Positions 1-9,366 are shown, counted from the stretch's first letter. The stretch is DNA of 31,721 nucleotides from Patescibacteria group bacterium (GCA_030016765.1 JASEJS010000001.1:1-31721); one strand, 5' to 3'. Program-made: numbers and translations. Notes: a model not told the origin generated them from the sequence alone.

Positions 1-628
1 CTTCTTCTGGTTCTCCAACAATATTTAAAACAAAATCTATTCCTTCTTTATCTAACAAATTTGCAGCTTCAATTAATATATCTAAATTTTTTATTGGCGA
101 AATTCTACCTAAATATAAAATTGAATTTGATATTTTTTGAATATTTTTGTCTCTTTTAAAAATTTCTGTATCAATACCCGCTGGCATAATTTTTGATTTT
201 TTAAATTTAGAAGAAAAAGAAAATGGAGAAGTATAAAAGACTGTATTAGCTAATTTTATGCCTAGCTTTGTAATTAAATTTCCATATTGATGGTTACACC
301 ACAAAAAAACCTTTTTTCTCCAAATCTTCCAAAATATTCCTCCCAAAATTATATAAATAGCATTCATATGAACAAAAACGGAATCATAATCTTTTCTCAG
401 TTTCCAAATATATTTATAAAATCTAAAAAGATACTTAATTCTCGATCTTCCAGTTTCTTTTCCCAAAGACCAAACTCTGACATTAGATGGTAAAGAATAT
501 TTTCCCTGCAAAAGACAAATCACGTTTAAAAAATCAACTTTCTCGGCAAATTTCTCCAACCAGTAATGGAAAAAACCTAAATTATTGCCATTGATATCTA
601 CTTTCTGAGTAATAATTAACAATTTCAT
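1..628 (-). CDS. GT4 (GT-B fold) glycosyltransferase, 3' end runs off the window
   Basis: Not in ORF track; hand-translated from ATG at 628: MKLLIITQKVDINGNNLGFFHYWLEKFAEK...MPAGIDTEIF...ILYLGRISPIKNLDILIEAA, open to window edge; starts 2 nt after stop of 631..1404. Confidence 0.9.
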   Translation of the reverse strand, partial: MKLLIITQKVDINGNNLGFFHYWLEKFAEKVDFLNVICLLQGKYSLPSNVRVWSLGKETGRSRIKYLFRFYKYIWKLRKDYDSVFVHMNAIYIILGGIFWKIWRKKVFLWCNHQYGNLITKLGIKLANTVFYTSPFSFSSKFKKSKIMPAGIDTEIFKRDKNIQKISNSILYLGRISPIKNLDILIEAANLLDKEGIDFVLNIVGEPEE

Positions 629-630
629 AA

Positions 631-1404
631 TTATTTTTTGATTTCAACTATTAATTGGGCGCCAAAAGAAGGCATAAACTTCTCAAGTTTGTCATCAATT
701 TTTTCAATCAATTTTACCATTGAGAAGGGATCCCGAGCCCAAGGAAAAAATACAGTAATCGGTGAAAGGCCATAAATCTTAACAGATTGAGGATTTACTC
801 CAGTGGTTAATTTCCTTATTTTTTTGACGCTATAAAAATTGAGTGGAGTTTTTCGTTTTAAGAAAGATAAAATATAACTAATAAGATTCGGTATCGAATA
901 CCATGTTTCAACGGTAAAAATTATCTGACCTCCTTTCTTTGTCACTCTATACATTTCTTTGAAAACTTTTTTTGGATTATCTTTAGGTCCATTTAGATTT
1001 TCAAAAAGATAAGAACAGGTAACGACATCAAAAGTATTATCCTTAAAAGGTAGATTCTCGGCATCGGCCTTGATTAATATTGCCTGATCTTTAGTATTTT
1101 TTCTTGCCTTCTCTAACATTGGCTCACTAATATCAACTCCTACTGTTTTTCCCAAAGACAAAAAATGGTTAAGATAGCGACCTGTACCACATCCGATATC
1201 TAAAAGAGTAAATTCTCCTACGTTTTTTCGATTTTTTTGTATTAATTCTAAGATTTTTTTTATTTGCCGGTTCATGCGATAACGAACAAGTGGACGATGA
1301 CCAACAAAAAAATCCCATTTTTCCGGCGAGTCTTCTCTGCCATACCTCTTAAGCAACCTCTCTATTCTTTGATTTGTTTGAAAAGCCATCATTGAATTTG
1401 GCAA
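631..1404 (-). CDS. Class I SAM-dependent methyltransferase
   Basis: Motif I LLDIGCGTG, VGVDISEPML, ADAENLPFKDNTFDVV, EMYRVTKKGG; TTG start at 1404, alternative ATGs at 1392/1389. Confidence 0.9.
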   Translation of the reverse strand: MPNSMMAFQTNQRIERLLKRYGREDSPEKWDFFVGHRPLVRYRMNRQIKKILELIQKNRKNVGEFTLLDIGCGTGRYLNHFLSLGKTVGVDISEPMLEKARKNTKDQAILIKADAENLPFKDNTFDVVTCSYLFENLNGPKDNPKKVFKEMYRVTKKGGQIIFTVETWYSIPNLISYILSFLKRKTPLNFYSVKKIRKLTTGVNPQSVKIYGLSPITVFFPWARDPFSMVKLIEKIDDKLEKFMPSFGAQLIVEIKK

Positions 1405-2296
1405 TCAATCAATTTTTTTAAATAAAACAAATTTAAGATATTTATAATAAGAAAGGATATTTTTAGAGAGCCAAAATTTCCCCTCCTCCCACTTCATTCC
1501 TAAGGTTCTTACATTCATAAATTCTATCTCTTTAAACTGCCGAAGAAATTTAAAATATTCTCTAAAACGCTGAATTATATCCTCTCTGAAAACCATCAGT
1601 CTTTGGATCAATACATTTCCAAGAATGGGTAGAAAGAAAAATAATAATCGGCTGCTCAATTTTCCTTGACTCTGAAATTAAGACATTTGTCCCTTTCTTC
1701 ATTAATTTCAAAGGAATGGAATTATCTACAAAAATTCCTAATCGTTTATTTATGATGGGAATTATTAAAATCTTGGCCTCGCCAACTTTGGTGATGTCTT
1801 TATAGTTCGGGTGATAAGGAGAGTCGGGAATATCGTACCACCTTTTATTACCAATTGAGGTATTTTTATAAGGAGAAACATCATATTTTATACCATACTT
1901 TTCCAAGATTTTAATCGTATCTTCGTTAGTAAAATATTTCCCCGCCCGAAAAGAAACAATTTTACCATATTTTTCTTCTAAACGTCTAATACCTGAGGCG
2001 ATTTCTCTTTCCCGAGAGTCAAAATCATAACCGCGCTCAAAATGAATATGGAGCCCAATTTCATGATTTGGTTCTTTAATAATGGCTTCTAATATCTGGG
2101 GATATTTTAAAGAAATACTAGCTGAGACATCTGCCTGTTCTTGAATATGAAAGGTCGCCGGAACTTGAAATTTTTTAAAAATACTCAAAAACAGTGGAAT
2201 ACCTTTTTCTACCCCGGGATTTTTATCACCGTACGGTTTACCAAATCTCTCATTGTCAAATTCTACATCTAAATCCATTGTAAACCAAATAGGCAT
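1405..2296 (-). pseudogene. Polysaccharide deacetylase (NodB/CE4-like), interrupted by a +1 frameshift near 1589-1592
   Basis: FTMDLDVE, ATFH, HEIGLHIH, SFRAG, HSW motifs in 1562..2341; removing one base of the A4 run at 1589-1592 joins it to the 1405..1659 frame (DG-FREDIIQRF...), giving 296 aa from ATG 2296 and a stop flush with the next gene. Confidence 0.8.
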
Positions 2297-2300
2297 AGGT

Positions 2301-2411
2301 TTAATTCTGTTTTTTAATCTTCTTTTTGGCAAATTTTTCAATCCAGTGATGAAAGAATCCCAAAATAGGATCTTTTAAATCAACCTTTTGAGTTAAAATT
2401 AAAAGCTTCAT
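2301..2411 (-). pseudogene. 36-aa N-terminal stub of a GT4 glycosyltransferase
   Basis: Hand translation MKLLILTQKVDLKDPILGFFHHWIEKFAKKKIKKQN*; 20 of first 28 residues identical to the GT4 at 628; ATG overlaps upstream stop (ATGA, 2408-2411). Confidence 0.85.
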
Positions 2412-3502
2412 GCATTTATCATCGAAATATAATTTTTGATATATTTTTCATTTGAAAAATTTTTCTTAACAAATTCCCTCCCTTTTTTCCCCATTTCAAT
2501 GGCTAACTCTTTATTTTCTAAAAGAATCTTTATTTTCTCTGCTAACTGCTCGACATTTTTTGGTTCAAATAAAAATCCATTTTGGCTATCTTTAATTAAA
2601 TCAGGAGTTCCGCCAATGTTACTCCCAATCACTGGTTTCCCTAAAGCCATAGCTTCCATTAAAACCCTTGGCAATCCTTCGGATAAAGAAGGCAAAACAA
2701 GGCAATAGCAATTTTTCATGATTTCTTTAGTTTCTTTTAAAGATAGTCTTCCTTTAAATTCTACCTTGTTTTGAAGTTTGAGGTTTGAAGTTAGAAGTTC
2801 GAGGTTTTTTCTTTCGGAACCATCGCCCACAATAACCAATTTAAAATCCGGGAATTCTTTTTCAATCTTTGAGAAGGCATCGATTAAATATTCTACTCCT
2901 TTAACCTTTTCTAATGCCCCAACAAATAGAATGAAATTATCAAATTTAGTTTCTTTTTCTTCTAAAAATAAATCAATGTCAGTAAAGGTTGGAAAAATAA
3001 AATAGGGTTTAGGACCTGAAATTTTAAAAGCCTTCCTTTTTGTGAAATTTGAAATGGCTCGGATTTTATCCGCTGATTTTAAACTAAATTTCGCCATAAC
3101 GGGAACGATTTTTCTTTCCAAAAATTCCAGTCTCCTTTTTCTTGCCAAAAATGGCCCCTCTTCCCAATCTCCATGAATTTCAACGATTAATTCTTTTTTC
3201 AAAATTTTTTTTAAAATCGAGCCCAAAAAGCCTTCTATCAAAGGGGACTGGCAGATAATTGTATCTATTTTCTTTATAAAACATAGATAAAAAACTAAAG
3301 GAAAAGATAGAGGCCAGAAAAATTTTGGAGATAAAAGATAAAATTCTGTTTCCCAGATTTTTTTGTGAAATGGCTTTCCTTTAGCTAAAACATAAGGTAT
3401 TATTTCTTGACTCAGTCTGCCAAATTTTTTTCTTAAGTGGAATTGAAATTTTGAATCTACTAAATTGTAATTTGTTACTCCAATAAATAAAACCCTTTTC
3501 AT
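2408..3502 (-). CDS. GT4 glycosyltransferase
   Basis: FVGALEKVKG, LVLPSLSEGLPRVLMEAMALGKPVIGSNIGG (EX7E motif). Confidence 0.93.
   Translation of the reverse strand: MKRVLFIGVTNYNLVDSKFQFHLRKKFGRLSQEIIPYVLAKGKPFHKKIWETEFYLLSPKFFWPLSFPLVFYLCFIKKIDTIICQSPLIEGFLGSILKKILKKELIVEIHGDWEEGPFLARKRRLEFLERKIVPVMAKFSLKSADKIRAISNFTKRKAFKISGPKPYFIFPTFTDIDLFLEEKETKFDNFILFVGALEKVKGVEYLIDAFSKIEKEFPDFKLVIVGDGSERKNLELLTSNLKLQNKVEFKGRLSLKETKEIMKNCYCLVLPSLSEGLPRVLMEAMALGKPVIGSNIGGTPDLIKDSQNGFLFEPKNVEQLAEKIKILLENKELAIEMGKKGREFVKKNFSNEKYIKNYISMINA
2770..2804. repeat. Degenerate 7-bp tandem array, 5 units, in-frame within GT4
   Basis: tttgaag tttgagg tttgaag ttagaag ttcgagg; encodes LELLTSNLKLQ. Confidence 0.85.
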
Positions 3503-5763
3503 TTTTTTAAAATTTCTAATGTCTTTTTGACCAAATTTTCCCAGCTAAAATCTATTAGCTTTTGTTTTGAATTCTCAATGAATTTATTTTGCAGTGCTTT
3601 ATCTTTCCAAAGTTTTAAAATAGCCTCTTTTAACTGTTCTTTATTATTATATCCAATCAAAATTCCATTTTTGCCATTCTCAATTAACTCTAGATTTCCG
3701 CCGATATCAGTGGTGATAATTGGCAACTCAGCCTGCATTGCCTCTAAAATAACGTGACTGAGACCTTCGTAACCCGAATTTAAAACAAATAAATCTGCTG
3801 CTTTAAGATACAGAGGTATTTCTGAATGATTAACATTACCTACTAATTTGATTTTTTCATTTAGTTTGAGATTTGAGATTTGAGATTTGAGATTTATTTT
3901 CTCCGGTCCCTCTCCAACAATAACTAAACGGAAATTCGGATTTTCTTTCAGCAAATCAGGCATTATTTCAATTAAAGTTTTAAATCCTTTCCAAGGCATA
4001 AGCCTACCGATGGATAAAATAATATCTCCTTCAATTCCAATTTTTTGCTTAGCTTCTCTTTTTGAAAAATTCGAAAAAAAATCCTCAACTGCGTTATAAA
4101 TTACGGTTACTTTATCTTCCGGTATCTGCCAACCATTAGTTATTATTTTTTTTAAATAATAGCTTGGAACAATTATTTTATTTGCATTTTTTGCTACAAA
4201 CTTTTGAATCTTCCGCAGGCTTTCTACTTTTAAGTCGTATTTTTTATCTTGAAATTCCTCTAAATTTTCTTTTACATTCCACTTTGCTCTTCCTTGCTCC
4301 CAGGCATAATCCCCTACTATTTTTAAAATAAATTTTTTTCTTAAAATTTTAGAAACCAACATCGCTGGAAAGCCCGCACTTATCGGATTTTGAGCATAAA
4401 TCACATCCACATCTCTAGCCTTTTTTAATAAATTTAAAAAATACAAAAAATGCCTTAAGCCTTTTGGATGTCCCCGAGAAATCCTCAAAATTTTTATTTT
4501 TGGATTTTGGATGTTGGATGTTGGATGTTTAAAATTAGAATAAGTAATTACTTCGACATCAAAACCCTGCTGAAACAACTCAATTGATAATCTTTCAGTA
4601 TATATTGCTGGTCCTCCGATATCCGGTGGAAAAATTCCTGCAGCTAAAATTATTTTCAATAGTTTTTGATAAATAGCATTAATTCTCTGAGCAATTTTGC
4701 TCCAATTGTATTTTTCTAAATTGGCTTTAGCATTTTGAACTAGGCTTTGACCAAATTCAGGATCAGAAAAAATTTTTATGATAGCTTGGGCAATTACCTG
4801 AGAATTTTTTGGCTCAACTAAAATTCCGGTTTCTTCATCTCTAATAATATCAGGAATTCCGCCCACTTTTGTAGCGACAGCCGGGACTCCAGCTGCTTGG
4901 GCTTCTAAAATAGCTATTCCAAATCCTTCTTTTAATGAAGGCAAAACAAAACAATCAGCAACTGATAAGTATTCTGGAATTTTTTCATTTGGAATTTGGC
5001 CAAGAAATTTTACTTTATTTTTAAGATTGAGTTTTTCAACTAAATTTTCTAAATTTTTTCTTTCCGAACCCTCTCCGATAATTAACAATTTACAATTTAC
5101 AATTTGTGATTTTACAATATTGAAAGCTTTAATCAAATACTCTATTCCTTTAACTTTTTCCAGCCGGGCTATAGTCATTATCACAAATTCATCTTTTAGA
5201 CCTAATTCTTCTCTGCTTTTCTGAGGGTTAATATTTTTAAATCTTTCTAAATTAATCCCATTGGGAATTATCTCTATATTTTTTACTCCAATTTTTTCAA
5301 AATAATTTTTAATAGCAGAGCTAGCTACTATACAAAAAGAGGCTCTTTTATAAACTATTTTTTTCAAAATATTTTTGTTTTCTTCTAATCCCTGGATTGT
5401 TATAAGATAAGGGACGCTAGTTAATTTACAAAGAAAATAACCCAAGAGAGAACTCAAAAATCCTTGACAGTGAATTAGATTAATTTTTTCTCGTTTTATT
5501 AGATTAAGGGTTTTAAAGAAAATAAAAGGCAAAGTAGTAAAAATATAAATTGGCGAGGAATAAGAAAGATTTTTTAAAGTAAATAGCGAAGTTCTGAAAA
5601 TTTTAACTCCGTTTCTAATTTCTATTGATCTTTCACCTTTTACTTTTCCAGTTGCTACAAAAATTTCAAATTTTTCTGAAAGTCTCTCAGCAATATTTTG
5701 GGTCCAGAGCTCTAATCCCCCAATCACTGGAGGATAATGTAAGACAGGCATTAATACTTTCAT
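3499..5763 (-). CDS. Tandem two-domain GT4-GT4 fusion glycosyltransferase (754 aa)
   Basis: Two complete GT-B units: MKVLMPVLHYPPVIGG...EGFGIAILEA and (L)KIILAAGIFPPDIGGPA...EGLSHVILEA; second unit begins at in-frame TTG 4659. Confidence 0.9.
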   Translation of the reverse strand: MKVLMPVLHYPPVIGGLELWTQNIAERLSEKFEIFVATGKVKGERSIEIRNGVKIFRTSLFTLKNLSYSSPIYIFTTLPFIFFKTLNLIKREKINLIHCQGFLSSLLGYFLCKLTSVPYLITIQGLEENKNILKKIVYKRASFCIVASSAIKNYFEKIGVKNIEIIPNGINLERFKNINPQKSREELGLKDEFVIMTIARLEKVKGIEYLIKAFNIVKSQIVNCKLLIIGEGSERKNLENLVEKLNLKNKVKFLGQIPNEKIPEYLSVADCFVLPSLKEGFGIAILEAQAAGVPAVATKVGGIPDIIRDEETGILVEPKNSQVIAQAIIKIFSDPEFGQSLVQNAKANLEKYNWSKIAQRINAIYQKLLKIILAAGIFPPDIGGPAIYTERLSIELFQQGFDVEVITYSNFKHPTSNIQNPKIKILRISRGHPKGLRHFLYFLNLLKKARDVDVIYAQNPISAGFPAMLVSKILRKKFILKIVGDYAWEQGRAKWNVKENLEEFQDKKYDLKVESLRKIQKFVAKNANKIIVPSYYLKKIITNGWQIPEDKVTVIYNAVEDFFSNFSKREAKQKIGIEGDIILSIGRLMPWKGFKTLIEIMPDLLKENPNFRLVIVGEGPEKINLKSQISNLKLNEKIKLVGNVNHSEIPLYLKAADLFVLNSGYEGLSHVILEAMQAELPIITTDIGGNLELIENGKNGILIGYNNKEQLKEAILKLWKDKALQNKFIENSKQKLIDFSWENLVKKTLEILKK
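3865..3892. repeat. Perfect (TTTGAGA)4 array in second GT4 domain
   Basis: Four exact units; encodes LKSQISNLK. Confidence 0.95.
4499..4526. repeat. 7-bp tandem array, 4 units, in second GT4 domain
   Basis: tttggat tttggat gttggat gttggat; encodes HPTSNIQNPK. Confidence 0.9.
5085..5112. repeat. 7-bp tandem array in first GT4 domain
   Basis: acaattt x3 plus gtgattt; encodes KSQIVNCKL. Confidence 0.85.
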
Positions 5764-5789
5764 ATTTTTAAATTGGATAATGAAATTTT

Positions 5790-6923
5790 TTATAAATTAG
5801 CTATTACTTTTTTTATAGAAAATATCATTTTTTTAATTTCTTTTTCAGTATAGTAATTTTGCAAAGGAAAATTAATGATTCTCTTTGCTGCTTCAACAGT
5901 ATTTGGAAATTCATTTAAATTAATTTGATATTCTCTCTGAGCTCTAGGATTTAAGATAATGGGTGTCTGCCAAATTCTAGTGCAAAAAATTTTATATTTT
6001 CGAAGGGTTTTAACAAAACAATCACGTTTACTCTTCAGATTCCCAGGTATAAGAGCCGAAAGGTAACAAAACACATTGTTTTTAGATTCTTGAACCTGAA
6101 AACCTAATTTTTTAAGTTCTTCTTGAAAATATAAAGCTAGTTCAATTCTTTTTTTCAAAGACTTTTCAAAATTTTCCAAAAATCTTTGGAATAAGTTTAG
6201 GGAAACTCGATTAAGAGCACTTGGCCATTCTCTTTTTTCTTTTCTAGGTATTTTAGGGGCTATTCTATTACCAAAAATTTTAAACAAAAGGGCAAAAATT
6301 GAAAAACAATTTAAGAAAGAAAGACAATCTCGAAAGTCAAAAAAAGTTTCAGCTAAATTTATCTGCCAATCTCTAGGACAGACCAAAAGTCCCCCTCTTA
6401 AGGTTGGCAAAAATTTATAAAGGCTGAAAAAGGCAGCCTCTCCAAGATTGCCAGCAAAAATTCCATTTTTTTGAAGACCAAAACTATGAGCACAATCTTC
6501 AATTATCAACAATCGATTATTCGTAATCTCTTTGATTCTTTGAATATCGCTCAAAAGGCCGTAAGTATGACAAATCAAGATAGCCTTGCTTTTAGAAGTA
6601 ATTTTCTTCTCAATCTCTTCGGTGTCAATATTAAAAGTTTCCAAATCAATATCTAAAAAAACAGGTCGAATATTGTATCTTTTAAAAATAGGATAAAAGA
6701 TATCGCAAATATAGGCAGGAAGAAGAACTTCAGAATTTTTTAAATTTAATTTTTCAATGATGATTTTGAAGGCCGATCTTCCCATATCAGTAAAAATAAA
6801 TTGCTTTCTTGGAAAATAGAAAGAAAGTTTCTGGATTAATTTTTCTAAATCGGGAGACCGAGCCAAAGATAAAATTGCCTTATCTAAATTGTTCAATTTT
6901 ATTTGGGGATGAACAAAATACAT
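5790..6923 (-). CDS. DegT/DnrJ/EryC1/StrS-family PLP-dependent sugar aminotransferase
   Basis: VLLPAYIC, CHTYG, IIEDCAHSFG, FFSLYKFLPTLRGG (PLP-binding Lys position), IINFPL. Confidence 0.9.
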   Translation of the reverse strand: MYFVHPQIKLNNLDKAILSLARSPDLEKLIQKLSFYFPRKQFIFTDMGRSAFKIIIEKLNLKNSEVLLPAYICDIFYPIFKRYNIRPVFLDIDLETFNIDTEEIEKKITSKSKAILICHTYGLLSDIQRIKEITNNRLLIIEDCAHSFGLQKNGIFAGNLGEAAFFSLYKFLPTLRGGLLVCPRDWQINLAETFFDFRDCLSFLNCFSIFALLFKIFGNRIAPKIPRKEKREWPSALNRVSLNLFQRFLENFEKSLKKRIELALYFQEELKKLGFQVQESKNNVFCYLSALIPGNLKSKRDCFVKTLRKYKIFCTRIWQTPIILNPRAQREYQINLNEFPNTVEAAKRIINFPLQNYYTEKEIKKMIFSIKKVIANL

Positions 6924-6924
6924 T

Positions 6925-7653
6925 TTAAGATTTAATTTTTTGAAATTTAACCAGCCTTACTCTTCCTAAAAAATTTTTAAATATTTTTCCTATTGTATTC
7001 TCAAAAGTCAAAAAAACTTTTGGACTTAACTTTAAGTCTATCGGAGGATAAGTATTGAAAAGGCGCTGATCTACAAAAATAAGACCTTCTTTTTCAAATT
7101 TTCGACGGATTCCGGCAAGAAAAATATAATAAGGAATCTTTTGACCTTTTATAACTCTTTTTAAAGTCGGTAAAAACTTATAAAAAGATAAGCAATTGAT
7201 AAAATCACAAATTAAAATTCCTCCTGGTTTTAGAACTCGAGCAATCTCCTTTTGGACCCCGGGATAGGTAGCCGCTGAAACATATCCAAAGCTTATTCCA
7301 ATATCAAAAAAGTCATTAGGATATTTAAGACTATAAACATCACCCTCTTCAATTTTAATTCGCTGAGTAAGGCCTGCCTTTTTAACATTCTCTCTCGCAG
7401 TCTTTACTGCAATTTCTGAAATATCACAACCAATAATATTAAAATCAGTGTTTTGAGCTAAGAGAATATCAATTTCTCCAAAACCACATCCTATATCCAA
7501 AACCCGCCCTCTTCTTTTGTCTTCTAAAAGCTCAAGGGTATTTTTTGTGGTTAAAATAAAGGTTGCTTCCCGAGAGGAATTTGCACTTGAAATAATTTCG
7601 CGGTTTTTCTTCTCCCATTTTTGTTTTCTTTTTTGGTAAGTGCTAGGCTTCAT
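6925..7653 (-). CDS. Class I SAM-dependent methyltransferase
   Basis: VLDIGCGFG, IIGCDISE, GDVYSLKYPNDFFD, EIARVLKPGG. Confidence 0.9.
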   Translation of the reverse strand: MKPSTYQKRKQKWEKKNREIISSANSSREATFILTTKNTLELLEDKRRGRVLDIGCGFGEIDILLAQNTDFNIIGCDISEIAVKTARENVKKAGLTQRIKIEEGDVYSLKYPNDFFDIGISFGYVSAATYPGVQKEIARVLKPGGILICDFINCLSFYKFLPTLKRVIKGQKIPYYIFLAGIRRKFEKEGLIFVDQRLFNTYPPIDLKLSPKVFLTFENTIGKIFKNFLGRVRLVKFQKIKS

Positions 7654-8663
7654 TACAATTTGTATTTTAACAAATAAGAACTGAGTTTTTTTATCAAAAA
7701 ATCGGGTAGAAGGGCGAAAATATCTCTTAGTTTCGATTTGCGAAAACTTTTTTCTTTAGAGAAATTACTGAGCTCAAAAATTGGATATTTTTTTGTCCCC
7801 CAACCACTTTTAAAAATTTCGAGTAGAGAGTTGCGGCCAGTGCCGCCCAGATCGAATACCTCAAAATTTCTGCCTACATATTTTTGAATTTGAGTCCACA
7901 AAATTAAATGATTGGGATAAAAATTTTTATATTTATCATTCGAAGCATTTAGAAAGTAATGAATGAATTTATTGTAAAAAAGAAAACAACTTCCGGCTAT
8001 AACTCGGCCATTGTGTTTAGCTAAAATTATTTCTCCATCCGGAGACCTCCAAAAGAACTGAAGAAACGAAAAAGGATAAGCTGGAACCCTGTGGATTTTT
8101 GCTTTCTTAATGTATAAATTATAAAAAGACCTAAGATCTTTTTCTTTTTCGCATTTTTCTATTTCCAGCCCTCTATTTTGGGCTTTTTTTATTGAGTGAC
8201 GAAGCGTCTCTCTAAACGAATCCCAAATTTGACCCACTGTTTTTCTGTGATAATCCTCTATAAAATAAGTATCTATCTCGCTATCAACGAGGCCCGGTCT
8301 TGTTGATGACGTTACATTAAAGAATTTCAAAATCTGGGGATGAAAATTTACTCTAAGTGGAGATTCAAATTCTCGAAAAAGGTCTTGTTGAAAATTATCT
8401 CCGGCAATTTGTTCAGCCAGAGGTAACAGTCCTCCATATTCACAAAAAGGATGGGAAACAAGCTTTTCTTTGCCAAAAATCTTAACTTGGGCCAAGCTCA
8501 AAAGAGCCTGATCTCGCCAGAGATATCTTTTGAATTTCAACCATTTAAATTCTTTTTCTAAAAATTCCTCCCATTCTAAATTATGAAAAAAAGTCTTAAA
8601 TAAGATTTTATCTAACAAATCTTGCCATTCTTTTTTGTCATCTATTTTTTGAAAGAAGGTCAT
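7653..8663 (-). CDS. GNAT-superfamily / FemAB-like acyl- or aminoacyltransferase
   Basis: LVSHPFCEYGG, RHSIKKAQNRGLEI, YPNHLILW, FDLGGT, FKSGWG resemble FemAB-related proteins of polysaccharide loci. Confidence 0.75.
   Translation of the reverse strand: MTFFQKIDDKKEWQDLLDKILFKTFFHNLEWEEFLEKEFKWLKFKRYLWRDQALLSLAQVKIFGKEKLVSHPFCEYGGLLPLAEQIAGDNFQQDLFREFESPLRVNFHPQILKFFNVTSSTRPGLVDSEIDTYFIEDYHRKTVGQIWDSFRETLRHSIKKAQNRGLEIEKCEKEKDLRSFYNLYIKKAKIHRVPAYPFSFLQFFWRSPDGEIILAKHNGRVIAGSCFLFYNKFIHYFLNASNDKYKNFYPNHLILWTQIQKYVGRNFEVFDLGGTGRNSLLEIFKSGWGTKKYPIFELSNFSKEKSFRKSKLRDIFALLPDFLIKKLSSYLLKYKL
8283..8307. repeat. 25-bp hairpin element in-frame within the GNAT gene
   Basis: atcaacgag-gcccggt-cttgttgat, 9-bp arms with one mismatch, GC-rich in an AT-rich gene; encodes STRPGLVD. 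Confidence 0.65.
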
Positions 8664-9366
8664 AAATTTGTTCTCCAGTTAAAAACAAATATCCTTTATT
8701 TTTAAGTAATTTCAAAAGCTTTTCAAGTTTTTTCAAAAACTGGAAAGTGGTCCTTCCCAAGGCATCCCAAGAGTGCATGTTTAGAGTCAAAAAAGGGGGA
8801 GTATAAATTTTAAATAAAAAATTATAAAACCAAAAAGGAAGTCTTGAAATCCAGGCTCCAGCTAAAGGGATTCCAAGCAATTGACCGGAAACTGGAATCT
8901 CTAAAATTTTTTTTCCTTGGGGATAATAAGGAAATAAAGGTCGTCTACCTTTATATCCCCGATATTTTTTAAAGGGTGGATAATGTGGAACGACGCTGCT
9001 GTCATATAAAAACCCCCAGTCCTCCAGAAGCTTCATGCCATCGTAATCAATAATGTGGGAAGGGGCACGAAAGCCCTTCGGCTTTTTGCTAAAAATCTTT
9101 TGATAAAAATTAACAAAATTTTCTAATTCTTTTTTTCTTTCTTCAAAGTTTAGATTGTCCCAGAATCTATGGCTAAAACCATGGCAAGCAATTTCATAAT
9201 CTCTTTCCAACTTTTTAAATAACTCTGGCTGTTGCTTCAGGATTTTACCTGTAACAAATAGGGTCACTGGAATCTTATATTTTTCAAAAGTTGCTAAAAT
9301 CTTATTTAAATTCTCAATATTCCTCTCTACATCAACAGAAGCGAAACATACCTTTTTAGTTTTCAT
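8638..9366 (-). CDS. Polysaccharide deacetylase (NodB/CE4-like)
   Basis: ASVDVE, VTLFVTG, EIACHGFSH, GFRAPS, YDSSVVP, NMHSWD; ATG at 9366 preferred over track TTG at 9378. Confidence 0.88.
   Translation of the reverse strand: MKTKKVCFASVDVERNIENLNKILATFEKYKIPVTLFVTGKILKQQPELFKKLERDYEIACHGFSHRFWDNLNFEERKKELENFVNFYQKIFSKKPKGFRAPSHIIDYDGMKLLEDWGFLYDSSVVPHYPPFKKYRGYKGRRPLFPYYPQGKKILEIPVSGQLLGIPLAGAWISRLPFWFYNFLFKIYTPPFLTLNMHSWDALGRTTFQFLKKLEKLLKLLKNKGYLFLTGEQIYDLLSKNR

Noticed and set aside
1405-1659. Independent 84-aa gene
   Set aside because: Better explained as the frameshifted tail of the deacetylase
7653-9366. PEP-CTERM/exosortase system
   Set aside because: Gene pair resembles those loci, but no exosortase gene or PEP-CTERM tail is visible
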